Assembly (NCBI GenBank): GCA_944380295.1
Contig: CALWHE010000001.1
Coordinates: 1,172-65,171, forward strand
DNA: 64,000 bases
Direction: 5' to 3'
From: an uncultured Christensenellaceae bacterium
GTDB lineage: Bacteria; Bacillota; Clostridia; Christensenellales; UBA3700
Position numbers and translations under genes: made by a program. How positions within the stretch are numbered: the stretch's first letter is position 1; each line of letters opens with the position of its first letter. The notes beneath the pieces are model-generated. The model was not told the DNA's origin and made no database searches. It saw nothing but the letters and a program-made list of their open reading frames with translations. Below are positions 25,784 through 35,562 of this stretch, one piece after another.

Positions 25784-27144
25784 TGGTCCACACGTTTGAT
25801 TTTACCTATCGGGGCAAAACGCATTATTTTGCCTGGGATACGGAAAGCGGCAGTCTGCACAATGTTGACAGGGTCGCTTTTCTTATCGTCCGCCGTCTTT
25901 ACGGGCGCGAGCCTTTGAGCGCGGCGGAAGAGGCGGAGCTTGCCGCGGTAGACGGCGGGGAATACGAGGGCATTGTTTCCGAGCTGAAAAATCTGGAAGC
26001 GGAGGGCGCGCTCAACGCTCCTTGCACCACTTATGCGGAAAAAAAGCGCACGGGCGAGATCAAGGCGCTCTGCCTGAACGTGTGTTACGACTGCAATTTG
26101 CGCTGCAAGTATTGCTTTGCCGAGGAAGGCACATACCACACCGCCTCCCGCGCGCACATGAGCGCGGAAGTGGGCAGGGCGGCGATAGACTGGCTGATCG
26201 CAAAAAGCGGCGGACGGCATAATTTGGAAGTGGACTTTTTCGGCGGCGAACCGCTTTTGTGCTGGGACACGGTGCAAAAAACGGTGGAATACGCCCGTTC
26301 GCGCGAAAAGGAAACGGGCAAGACCTTTTCCTTTACCATGACCACCAACTGTCTGCTTTTGGACGAAGAAAAGGCAAAGTGGCTGGATGAGAACATGAGC
26401 AACGTGGTGCTCTCTCTTGACGGCAGGAAGGAAGTGCACAACCGCATGCGCCCCACGGCAAACGGCAAAGACGTTTATGAGCTGATCCGCAAAAACGCGC
26501 TTTACATGGCAAAGCTGCGCGGGAAGAAGTTTTATTACGTGCGCGGCACTTTCACGCACGAAAACCTTGATTTTGCCGACGACGTGCGCGCCATGGTGGA
26601 AGCGGGCTTTGACAGCGTGTCCGTGGAACCGGTGGTGACGGACATTCCCGGCATTGCCATCACGGAAGAAGATCTGCCCCGCATCAAGGAAGAATACGAC
26701 AAGCTGGCGCGTTATTATCTGCAAAGGCGGGAAGAGGGCAGAGGCTTCACCTTTTTCCATTATTTCATCGATCTGCAAACTTCACCCTGCATGGTCAAGC
26801 GGCTCACCGGCTGCGGCAGCGGCTGCGAATACGTGGCGGTATCGCCCGAGGGCAGGATATATCCCTGCCACCAGTTCTGCGAGCAGGAAGAATATTGCAT
26901 GGGCGACGTGTGGGGCGGCAGCGGCAAAGAGGGCGTGGAAGACTTTTTTGCCGGCAACATCGTCACGCGCAAGAGCGAGTGCAAAAACTGCTTTGCCAAA
27001 TATTATTGCAGCGGCGGCTGCGCGGCAAACAACATCAAGTTCGGCGGCGGCATGGACAAGGTCACGCCGCTCACCTGCGAGATGATGAAAAAACGCTTGG
27101 AAAACGCGCTGTTCATCGCGGCGTTCGAGCTGAGCGGGGAATAA
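25783..27144 (+). CDS. scfB: SCIFF radical SAM/SPASM maturase
   Basis: ATG overlaps the scfA TGA by 1 nt. Radical SAM CNLRCKYC and C-terminal SPASM cysteines CKNCFAKYYCSGGC. Confidence 0.88.
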   Translation: MVHTFDFTYRGKTHYFAWDTESGSLHNVDRVAFLIVRRLYGREPLSAAEEAELAAVDGGEYEGIVSELKNLEAEGALNAPCTTYAEKKRTGEIKALCLNVCYDCNLRCKYCFAEEGTYHTASRAHMSAEVGRAAIDWLIAKSGGRHNLEVDFFGGEPLLCWDTVQKTVEYARSREKETGKTFSFTMTTNCLLLDEEKAKWLDENMSNVVLSLDGRKEVHNRMRPTANGKDVYELIRKNALYMAKLRGKKFYYVRGTFTHENLDFADDVRAMVEAGFDSVSVEPVVTDIPGIAITEEDLPRIKEEYDKLARYYLQRREEGRGFTFFHYFIDLQTSPCMVKRLTGCGSGCEYVAVSPEGRIYPCHQFCEQEEYCMGDVWGGSGKEGVEDFFAGNIVTRKSECKNCFAKYYCSGGCAANNIKFGGGMDKVTPLTCEMMKKRLENALFIAAFELSGE

Positions 27145-27232
27145 AAACTCTTGCGCGCGGCGCGCGTGTTTTTCCGCCGCGCGTTTCTGATTAAAATGCG
27201 CTTTTTTGCGCGGGTATTTTCGCTTTTTTTCG

Positions 27233-27261
27233 TTGACTTATATATATAAAAATATTATAAT
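27233..27261 (+). promoter_or_regulatory. candidate secDF promoter
   Basis: TTGACT, 17 nt, TATAAT. Confidence 0.55.
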
Positions 27262-27294
27262 GATTATAACTATGTAGTAAAGGAGGCGATCCTC

Positions 27295-28785
27295 TTGGCA
27301 GGTTCTAAGGGAAAAGACGTCAAAAAGAGGAGATCGGGCGCCGCGGAGGGCGGAAAAGGCAAGTCCAAGCGCACCAGATCCATCGTATTTTTGACCGTTC
27401 TTTCTGTTTTGATAGTATTTGCCGCGGTGTTTGCGTTCGTATCTTTCGACCTCAACGCCACGGACGAATATCACGGCTATGTGAACACCATTTCGCTGGG
27501 CTTGGATCTGAGCGGCGGCGTTTATGCCGTTTATAACGTAGACACGGATTCAGAAGAATACACTTCCATGACCGCAGACGAGCAAAAAGCCGCCATCAAC
27601 GGCACGGCGGAGACCATGCAGCGTCTGCTCTTCAACCGCGGTTACACGGAAGCGCAGGTCACCGTTTACAACAACACCATTCGTGTGGAAGTGCCGGACG
27701 TGGAAGATCCGGAGCGCATTTTCGATCTGGTGGGACGTCCGGCGTCTTTGTGGTTGCAGGGCAGCTCTTCCCAGCTTTCCGACAGCAGCGCTTACGACGA
27801 GGACGCTGACGGCATGGACGGCAGCCACATTGCCAATGCCGGTCTGAGCCTTGACAGCTCCACGGGCGAATACGTGGTGGTGCTGGAATTCGACGACGAG
27901 GGCACGCAGATGTTCTCCGATCTGACCACCGATTATTCCGGTAAATACATCGGCATTTTCGTCAACCGCGAACTGCTCATCTGCCCCAGCGTGAACGAAG
28001 CCATCACTTCCGGTCAGTGCACCATCACCGGCGGCTGGACGGGCACGGAAGGCTATCAGAGCGCATACGAGCTGGCGGTGCAGATCATGGCAGGCTCTTT
28101 CGCCGTGCCGCTCGACATGGCTGAAAGCGGCGTTATCTCCGCCACGCTGGGCAGCAGCGCCATCACGGCAGGTATCATCTCCGGCGCGGTGGGCTTGGCG
28201 CTTATCGTCATATACATGATAATTTTGTATCGCATGATGGGCGTTGCCTCTGCGCTTTCGCTCATTTATTATTCATTCACTTATCTCTTCTTCCTGGCGG
28301 TGTTCCCCTGGGTGCAGCTTACGCTCTCCGGTATTGCGGGCGTGTTGCTCTCCATAGGCATGGCGGTGGACGCCAACGTGATCATCTTTGAAAGGATAAA
28401 GGAAGAAAGCGCCACGGGCAAGGCTTTGCAAACGGCGTGCTCTTTGGGCTTCAAGCGTTCCGCCGGCGCCATCATAGACGGCAACGTGACCACCATTTTC
28501 GGCGCGATCATTCTGATAGTGGTGGGTTCGTTCGGCGCTTCCGCGCTGCAAGGCTTCGGTATCACGCTGCTCATCGGTATCGTGCTCTCGCTTTTGTGCT
28601 CCATGCTGCTCACCAGGGTGATCCTGGCGGCGATCCGCATCCTCACGGAAGGGGACGAGGACAAGCTCAAAGCCAAAGACGAAAAATACGCCGGCTATGC
28701 GGAAAGGCTGTTCGGCGTGCACAGGGGCAAGCCTGTGAGTGAAGAAGAACTGCTTGCCGAAAATCTTGCAAAGGAGGCGGAATAA
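27295..28785 (+). CDS. secD: protein translocase subunit SecD
   Basis: TTG start 7 nt after GGAGG. N-terminal TM, periplasmic domain and C-terminal six-TM block with GMAVDANVIIFERIKEE. Confidence 0.9.
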   Translation: MAGSKGKDVKKRRSGAAEGGKGKSKRTRSIVFLTVLSVLIVFAAVFAFVSFDLNATDEYHGYVNTISLGLDLSGGVYAVYNVDTDSEEYTSMTADEQKAAINGTAETMQRLLFNRGYTEAQVTVYNNTIRVEVPDVEDPERIFDLVGRPASLWLQGSSSQLSDSSAYDEDADGMDGSHIANAGLSLDSSTGEYVVVLEFDDEGTQMFSDLTTDYSGKYIGIFVNRELLICPSVNEAITSGQCTITGGWTGTEGYQSAYELAVQIMAGSFAVPLDMAESGVISATLGSSAITAGIISGAVGLALIVIYMIILYRMMGVASALSLIYYSFTYLFFLAVFPWVQLTLSGIAGVLLSIGMAVDANVIIFERIKEESATGKALQTACSLGFKRSAGAIIDGNVTTIFGAIILIVVGSFGASALQGFGITLLIGIVLSLLCSMLLTRVILAAIRILTEGDEDKLKAKDEKYAGYAERLFGVHRGKPVSEEELLAENLAKEAE

Positions 28786-30239
28786 TGGCGAACAATAAGA
28801 ACAAGAACTATCAGCCGCCTTACAAAAAGAAAAAGACTCAAAAGCCCGCGCCCGCGGAAGAGCTCTTGCAGGCGCAGGACGTGACCGCGGCGGAAGAGAG
28901 CGCCGCCGAGGCGCCCGCGGAAAACATCGCTCCCGTGGCGGGACCCGCGGAAAACATCGCTCCCGCAGAGCAAGCGCCCGCGGAAAAAGCCGCAGAGCAG
29001 GCGCCCGCGGAAGCCGCCGAGCAAGCCGCACCGCAGGAAGCCGCGGCTGCCGGCAAGCCGCTCAAAGGCGGCAGTCTGGCAGACAAGTGGAGCCGCTTCC
29101 GTCTGACCTCTTTCTGGCGCATTTGGGTGAGCATACCCTTTGTGGTGATAGCCATCGCCATCATCTGTTTCGGCGCTTACGCCGGGCAGGGCGGCGCGTT
29201 TGAAAACGGTATCAATATCGGTATCGACTTCAAGGGCGGCACCATCATCACCACCAAACTGGGCGAAGACATCGTGCAGAACGATTACGACGAATATTAC
29301 GACATTATCGAGGGTGCCATCAACGATGCGGCGATAGCGGACGAGGTGATCGCATACGCGCAGGAAAACGAAATATCTTCCTCGCTCACGCAGAACGTGG
29401 TGATCCCCAACATCAACTATACGCAGACTTCCGGCGTGGGAGAAGAGATGGCTATCGTGTTCAAGATAGACAACATCTCCTCTTCTTTCGACAACGAAGC
29501 CAACGACATCACTCGTTACCGCAACGGGCTTATCCTGGAAAAGATAGCCGCGGACATCAACGCGCGTTTCGGGGAAAAAGAGGTGTCCGACCGCGTTTAC
29601 GTGAACGAAGACATCACGTCCGAATATATCGGCGCTTCCGCAAGTTCGCGTCTGCTCATGCTGGGCGGTATCGCGCTTTTGGTGGCGATCGTGGTGATAC
29701 TTGTTTACGTCATGATCAGGTTCGAAGTGTTCAGCGGTCTGTCCGCGGTGATAGCGCTGATACATGACGTTGCCATCATGTTCTGCATCACCATCATCTT
29801 CCGCATCCAGGTGAACGCGGCGTTCGTATCGGCGATAATCACCATCGTGGCTTACTCCATCAACAATACGATAGTCATTTTCGACCGCGTGCGTGAGAAC
29901 AACAAGATAGCCAAAAAGCTGGCGGAGAACAACGCCGCGCTGAGCGCGTCTTCCACGCTGCGCCCCCTGGTGGACAGGTCGGTGCGCGAAACCACTCTGC
30001 GCAACTTCAACTCCACGATAACCACCTTGGTGATGATCTTGCTCTTCTCCATCATCGGCACTTCTTCCGTGCGCGAGTTCGGCGTGCCGGTCATAGCGGG
30101 ACTGGTGGGCGGTTTCTATTCGTCCATGTTCCTCTCTCCTTCGCTCTATATCCTGATGAAGGAAGCGGACGAAAAACGCAAAGCCAAAAAGGCGGCGAAA
30201 AAGGCAGCCGCTCCAACGGCGCAAAAAGCAAAGGCTTGA
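28785..30239 (+). CDS. secF: protein translocase subunit SecF with about 100-aa Pro/Ala/Glu-rich N-terminal extension
   Basis: TAATG overlap with secD. Core GIDFKGGT...AYSINNTIVIFDRVREN is SecF. Confidence 0.9.
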   Translation: MANNKNKNYQPPYKKKKTQKPAPAEELLQAQDVTAAEESAAEAPAENIAPVAGPAENIAPAEQAPAEKAAEQAPAEAAEQAAPQEAAAAGKPLKGGSLADKWSRFRLTSFWRIWVSIPFVVIAIAIICFGAYAGQGGAFENGINIGIDFKGGTIITTKLGEDIVQNDYDEYYDIIEGAINDAAIADEVIAYAQENEISSSLTQNVVIPNINYTQTSGVGEEMAIVFKIDNISSSFDNEANDITRYRNGLILEKIAADINARFGEKEVSDRVYVNEDITSEYIGASASSRLLMLGGIALLVAIVVILVYVMIRFEVFSGLSAVIALIHDVAIMFCITIIFRIQVNAAFVSAIITIVAYSINNTIVIFDRVRENNKIAKKLAENNAALSASSTLRPLVDRSVRETTLRNFNSTITTLVMILLFSIIGTSSVREFGVPVIAGLVGGFYSSMFLSPSLYILMKEADEKRKAKKAAKKAAAPTAQKAKA

Positions 30240-30240
30240 C

Positions 30241-30267
30241 AAAAAAGCGGCGCGAGCCGCTTTTTTT
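30241..30267 (+). terminator. rho-independent terminator after secF
   Basis: A6-GCGGC-GCGA-GCCGC-T7. Confidence 0.8.
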
Positions 30268-30472
30268 GTCCTGCGCGGCACGGCAATGAGCGTAAGCGAA
30301 AGGATGCCGTGCCGCTCCGGACGCGATATATTTTGCCTTTGCAATCATTTACATAAGTCAAACACTCCTAACGGCAAAATGCGATATGTCGGCTTTGCCG
30401 ACGCGATATGTCCTGCGCGGCGGCGGAATAACATTTGCCCCATCGGATCCGCCGCCGCTCCGGACGCGATAT
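30268..30472 (-). repeat. core unit C11 (ATATCGC dialect)
   Basis: GCGATAT at 30323, 30381, 30403 and 30466 on the plus strand. Confidence 0.9.
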
Positions 30473-30569
30473 ATTTTGCCGTGCCAAACATTTAGAATAA
30501 GCGTAAAAGCACCAAACGGCAAAATGCGGCGGTATCTTGCGGCATTCTGCCGCAAATCAAAATCATATA

Positions 30570-30721
30570 TTGTTGTTGCGAAGAGTAACGCTTATCGGTA
30601 TTTTATATTGCTGCGAAGCATATCAAGGGTGCAGCGTCACGCTGCTTGTTGTTGCGAAGAGTAACGCTTATCGGTATTTTATATTGCTGCGAAGCATATC
30701 AAGGGTGCAGCGTCACGCTGC
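30570..30721 (+). repeat. perfect tandem duplication, 76 bp x2, inside island I5
   Basis: TTGTTGTTGCGAAGAGTAACGC...GGGTGCAGCGTCACGCTGC occurs twice without a mismatch. Confidence 0.9.
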
Positions 30722-30923
30722 CGCCGCAGGCAGCCATTACATTTTGCCGTTGACATATCTTATGTGCTTGTTTATGATGATAATTATGCCGGACAGGCGC
30801 TATGCGGGCACGCAGTAGAGCGCGGCTTTACGCACATCTTTGGACGGTGGGGTATTCAAATAGCGCCGCAGGCAGCCGCCACGTCCGCGATGCGCAGTGC
30901 TATGCACGGCAGTATGAGCGGAC

Positions 30924-31115
30924 ATTTCACGTGCCCTCTCGTCGCTTGCGGATTGAGGGCACATTTCACGTTTTTGCCTTGCTAGGCAAAAACATTTCAC
31001 TTTTCGGCAGAAAGAGTAGCGGCGCTTGTGCAACCGCTATATCTGCCGAAAAATTTCACGTCCGGAGCGGCGGCGGATTTGTTTGGAATATTGTTTTTCC
31101 GCCGCCGAGCAGGAC
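30924..31115 (+). repeat. core unit C7 (ATTTCAC dialect)
   Basis: Four linkers. h3 allele TTTTCGGCAGA/TCTGCCGAAAA. Confidence 0.9.
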
Positions 31116-31126
31116 ATAACGCCGCC

Positions 31127-31155
31127 TTGCATTCGGCGGAGATTTGTGTTAGAAT
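31127..31155 (+). promoter_or_regulatory. candidate recJ operon promoter, near-leaderless
   Basis: TTGCAT, 17 nt, TAGAAT with upstream TGT. The ATG at 31167 has no SD. Confidence 0.45.
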
Positions 31156-31166
31156 ATATATAATTT

Positions 31167-33416
31167 ATGGAAAGCGCAAGAGAAAGAGAGATAATAAACA
31201 GCCTGCTGGCGGAGCGGGGGATAAAGAGCGAGGAAGAAAAGATAAATTTCTTTTCCCCGTCGCTCGGCGCGCTCACGCCGCTCAAAGCGTATCAGGGCTT
31301 GGCGCAGGCGGCGGAGCGGGTGAAGCAGGCGCTGGACGAGCGGCAAAAGATAGTCATATACGGCGATTACGACTGCGACGGGCTGTGCGCCACCGCCATT
31401 TTATACGAATATCTCACTTCCCGCGGCGCGGACTGCGGCTACTATATCCCCAACCGGCACACAGAGGGATACGGGCTTAATTTCGACGCGCTGGCGGACA
31501 TAGCGGAGCGCGAATTTCCCGATCTCATCATCAGCGTGGACTGCGGCGTGACCTCTGTGGACGAGGTGCGCTTTGCCGTGGAGGATCTGGGCATGGACGT
31601 GGTGGTGACCGACCATCATGAGCCGGGCGCGGAGCTGCCGGACTGCGTGGTGTTCGACCCCAAACTCAGTGAAAACGTCTGCCGCGATCTGTGCGGCGCG
31701 GGCGTGGCGCTCAGGCTGGTGGAAGCGCTGGGCGGACGCGCGGCGGCGGAGAATTTTTTGGACATTGCCGCCATCGCCACGGTGGCGGACGTGGTGCCGC
31801 TCACGGGCGACAACCGGGTGATAACCTCTTTGGGGCTGGTGCAGCTGAACAAGCGGCGCAGGCGCGGGCTGAACATGCTCATGGACAGCTGCGTGAAAGG
31901 GCGGGTCACCGCGCGTGACATCGCCTTTAAGCTGGGACCGCGCATAAACGCCACGGGCAGGGTGGACACGGCATATGAAACGGTGGCGCTCTTTTATGAA
32001 AAAGACGCCTTTGTGCTGGAAACGCTGGTCAAGAACATCAACGAATGCAACGAGCGGCGCAAGCAGTTCACGCGCGATCTGACGGCGGCATGCATAGAAA
32101 AACTGCAAGAAGAAGACATTTCGCAGCGGCGCGTGCTGGTGCTCTACGACCCTTATTGGGACGACGGCGTGCTGGGCATAACCGCCTCGCGCCTGGTGGA
32201 GCTTTACGACCGCCCCGTGATCCTCATCACAGACAGCGGCAAAGAAGCGAAAGGCTCCGGCAGGAGCGTTGAAGGCATAGACATCCTCAAATGCGTGAGT
32301 GCCTGTTCCTCTTATCTGATCCGTTGCGGCGGGCACAAGCGCGCCTGCGGACTGACGATAAAAAAGTCGCTCATCAAGGAATTTGCCTACATCCTCGACC
32401 GTTTTATCGCCACGGAATATCCGCATTTTCAGCCGCACTTCAAGCGCCGCACGGGCATAGAACTTGACTTGCCCGTGAGCGCGGAATTTGCCTTGCAGCT
32501 GCAACGCTTCGAGCCGTGCGGCGAGGGAAATCCGCGCCCCGTGTTCAGCGCCTGTTTGGAGCGCGGCGCGTTCACGCGCATGGGCGGCGGCGCGCACCTC
32601 AAAGAAAACGTGGGCGAGGGGTGCGAGATGGTGCACTTTTTTGCCGGAGAAAACGTGCAGTGGTATAACAGCGCGGCAAAAAAGGATTTTGTGTTCAACG
32701 TGGAGTATTCCCTCTTCAACAATATGGAGCGCGCCACGCTGGACGTGACGGCGGCATATCCTCTGCAAGCGCCGCCCGGACAGCTGCTGCTGCTTTCTCA
32801 TCTGGCTTTGAGCGCGGGCGGAGAGGAGAGTTCCGTGTTCGAGCCGCAGCCGATAGGGGCGGAGGAGATAGCCGCGCTTAAAGGCGGAGTCTGCCTGCTG
32901 GCATGCTCGCAGGAGGGCGCGCAGGCGGCGGAGCGCTTTGCCGGGCAGTTTATCCGCGCCGTGGGTAAGCCTTATACGCCTTGCCCTTACGACACCGTTT
33001 TATACTGTCCCGACCCGCAGGCGGATCTTGCCGGGTTCGCGCACGTGGTCTTTATGCAAAAACCGCTGCTTGCGGGCGGCATAGACCTGATGAAATTGGG
33101 CAAAAACTGCCGCGTGCATTATCTGGACGTCAAGCCGCGCGGCTTGCTCGTCCCGTCCTATGCGGAGCTGGGGGAGGCATACAAAGGCGTGCGCGCGGCG
33201 CTGCGCGTGAAGGCGGGCGCGAGCGCGGCGGGGCTTTACAACGCGGCGGGAAAAGCGCTGGGCTGGGAAAAATTTATCGCCGCCTTGTTTACCTTTGTCG
33301 ATTTAGGTATTATAATATATAAAGAAGGCGGCTTCGAGCTGCCCGAACAAGTGCAAAAACGCGAATTGTCCGCAAGCAGGTTATTCAGGCGTTTGCAAGA
33401 GGAATACGATGGATAA
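31167..33416 (+). CDS. recJ: single-stranded-DNA-specific exonuclease RecJ
   Basis: DHH-family motifs IYGDYDCDG, SVDCG and VTDHH. 749 aa. Confidence 0.9.
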   Translation: MESAREREIINSLLAERGIKSEEEKINFFSPSLGALTPLKAYQGLAQAAERVKQALDERQKIVIYGDYDCDGLCATAILYEYLTSRGADCGYYIPNRHTEGYGLNFDALADIAEREFPDLIISVDCGVTSVDEVRFAVEDLGMDVVVTDHHEPGAELPDCVVFDPKLSENVCRDLCGAGVALRLVEALGGRAAAENFLDIAAIATVADVVPLTGDNRVITSLGLVQLNKRRRRGLNMLMDSCVKGRVTARDIAFKLGPRINATGRVDTAYETVALFYEKDAFVLETLVKNINECNERRKQFTRDLTAACIEKLQEEDISQRRVLVLYDPYWDDGVLGITASRLVELYDRPVILITDSGKEAKGSGRSVEGIDILKCVSACSSYLIRCGGHKRACGLTIKKSLIKEFAYILDRFIATEYPHFQPHFKRRTGIELDLPVSAEFALQLQRFEPCGEGNPRPVFSACLERGAFTRMGGGAHLKENVGEGCEMVHFFAGENVQWYNSAAKKDFVFNVEYSLFNNMERATLDVTAAYPLQAPPGQLLLLSHLALSAGGEESSVFEPQPIGAEEIAALKGGVCLLACSQEGAQAAERFAGQFIRAVGKPYTPCPYDTVLYCPDPQADLAGFAHVVFMQKPLLAGGIDLMKLGKNCRVHYLDVKPRGLLVPSYAELGEAYKGVRAALRVKAGASAAGLYNAAGKALGWEKFIAALFTFVDLGIIIYKEGGFELPEQVQKRELSASRLFRRLQEEYDG

Positions 33417-35562
33417 GCAGGAATTTCTCGAAAAAGCCAAAGAGGTCTACAAGCCGGCATCCTACGCGCGCATAGTCAAAGCCTTTGAGTATGCGGAGGA
33501 GCGGCACAAGGACCAATACCGCCTCTCGGGTGAGCCTTATATAGCCCACCCCGTGGAAGTTGCCGCCATTCTGATGGATCTGGGCATGGACAAAAACAGC
33601 ATCATCGCCGCGCTTTTGCACGACGTGGTGGAAGACACCGGCGCCAAGGAAGGGGAGATAAAGGAGCACTTCGGCAGCACGGTGGCGTCACTGGTGCACG
33701 GCGTGACCAAGCTGAGCATGCTCAACTTCAAATCCAAAGAAGAGGCGCAGGCGGAAAATTACCGCCGCATGTTCCTTGCCATGTCCAACGATATCCGCGT
33801 CATCATCATCAAGCTGGCGGACAGGCTGCACAACATGCGCACGCTTTCCTTCAAAGATCCCGCCTCGCAGCTGCGCATAGCGCAGGAAACGCTGGACATC
33901 TATGCGCCCATCGCCGCCCGCCTGGGTATCGCGGGCATAAAAGGCGAGCTGGAAGATCTTTCGCTCAAATATCTGCACCCGCAGGACTTCAAATATATCA
34001 CTTCTAAGGTGGCTGCCACCAGGGACGAGCGCGTGCAATTCGTCAATCGCATCATTGCGCGCATAGACGCCAAGTTAAAAGAGCTGGGCATAAAAGCGGA
34101 GATAAACGGGCGTCCCAAGCATTATTACAGCATTTGGCGCAAGATGCAAAAGGGCAAATCTTTTGAAGAGATATACGATCTGCACGCCATCCGCATCATC
34201 GTGGACACGGTCAAGGACTGTTACGAGGTGCTGGGGACGATCCACACCATGTGGAAGCCCCTGCCTTACCGCTTCAAGGATTATATCTCCGTGCCCAAAG
34301 CCAACCTTTATCAGTCTTTGCACACCACGGTGCTCAGCAGCGTGGGCGTGCCCTTTGAGATACAGATACGCACACACGAGATGCACCGCGTTGCCGAATA
34401 CGGTATTGCGGCGCATTGGAAGTATAAGCAGGGCGAGAAGTTCTCCACCGACTCCAACGACCGCAAACTGGCGTGGATACGCAACGTGATGGAGCTGCAA
34501 AGCGAGGTGGACGACTCTTCCGAATTTTTGGACATGCTCAAACTCGACCTTTATCAGGATCAGGTGTATGTGTTCACGCCGGCGGGGGATGTGGTCAACC
34601 TGCCCAGCGGTTCCACGGGCATAGACTTTGCTTACAGCGTGCACAGCGAGGTGGGCAACAAGTGCGTGGGCATCAAGATAAATTCCAAGATGGCGCACCT
34701 CAACACCAAGCTGGAAAACGGCGACGTGGTGGAAGTGATCACGTCGAGCGCGTCCCGCGGACCTTCGCGCGACTGGCTCAACTTTGTGGTCACGCCGGGC
34801 GCCAAATCCAAGATACGCGCCTTCTTCAAAAAGGAGATGAAGGAAGAAAACGAGCGCCGCGGCAAAGACATGCTGGAAAAAGAGGTCAAGCGGCGCGGTT
34901 ACAATCTCTCCGAGCTTTTGTCCTGCGACGACTGGAAGAGCTATATCCTCAAAAAGTATAACACCACGCGTCAGGAAGAGATCTTCGCCATGATAGGTTA
35001 CGGCGGTCTGACCACCAACCAGGTGGCGGTGAAGATGATAGACTGCTTCAAAAACCAGATGTCCAAAGAAAACGTTTTGGACATCAAGCCCGTGCAGGCG
35101 CAGGGGGCGGAAGGGGGCGGCAGCGGCGTGCTCATCAAGGGCTACGACGGCTTTCTCATCCGCTTTTCACACTGCTGCAACCCTCTGCCGGGCGACAAAA
35201 TTGTGGGCTATGTGTCGCGCGGGCGCGGCGTTTCCATTCACAGGGCAGACTGTCCCAACGTGGCTGGTTATGAGCCGGAGCGGCTGATAGAGGCGTCCTG
35301 GCCGGCGGGGATCGGAGAAAAGTTCACCGCTTCCGTCAACATAGAAGGGGACGACCGCACCGGACTGTTCAGCGACGTTGCCACCGCGCTCAACAACATG
35401 AAGATATACATGACGGGCATTTCCGCCAAGGCGGACAAAGAGGTGGGCACTGCCGTGGTCACCGTCACCATGGAAGTGGACAATCTGGAAACGCTCGACC
35501 ACGTCATCAACAAACTGCGCTCGGTCAAGGGCGTTTACAAAGTGTATAGGAAGAGCAAATAA
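33409..35562 (+). CDS. relA: bifunctional (p)ppGpp synthetase/hydrolase RelA/SpoT family
   Basis: HD hydrolase motif HPVEVA...LHDVVED, synthetase domain, then TGS and ACT regions. 717 aa. Confidence 0.92.
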   Translation: MDKQEFLEKAKEVYKPASYARIVKAFEYAEERHKDQYRLSGEPYIAHPVEVAAILMDLGMDKNSIIAALLHDVVEDTGAKEGEIKEHFGSTVASLVHGVTKLSMLNFKSKEEAQAENYRRMFLAMSNDIRVIIIKLADRLHNMRTLSFKDPASQLRIAQETLDIYAPIAARLGIAGIKGELEDLSLKYLHPQDFKYITSKVAATRDERVQFVNRIIARIDAKLKELGIKAEINGRPKHYYSIWRKMQKGKSFEEIYDLHAIRIIVDTVKDCYEVLGTIHTMWKPLPYRFKDYISVPKANLYQSLHTTVLSSVGVPFEIQIRTHEMHRVAEYGIAAHWKYKQGEKFSTDSNDRKLAWIRNVMELQSEVDDSSEFLDMLKLDLYQDQVYVFTPAGDVVNLPSGSTGIDFAYSVHSEVGNKCVGIKINSKMAHLNTKLENGDVVEVITSSASRGPSRDWLNFVVTPGAKSKIRAFFKKEMKEENERRGKDMLEKEVKRRGYNLSELLSCDDWKSYILKKYNTTRQEEIFAMIGYGGLTTNQVAVKMIDCFKNQMSKENVLDIKPVQAQGAEGGGSGVLIKGYDGFLIRFSHCCNPLPGDKIVGYVSRGRGVSIHRADCPNVAGYEPERLIEASWPAGIGEKFTASVNIEGDDRTGLFSDVATALNNMKIYMTGISAKADKEVGTAVVTVTMEVDNLETLDHVINKLRSVKGVYKVYRKSK

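Larger units (their letters stand above)
30268..31115. repeat. hairpin-mosaic island I5 (secF to recJ)
   Basis: Inverted ATATCGC-dialect core, perfect 76-bp x2 tandem repeat, partial LH, and ATTTCAC core C7. Confidence 0.9.
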
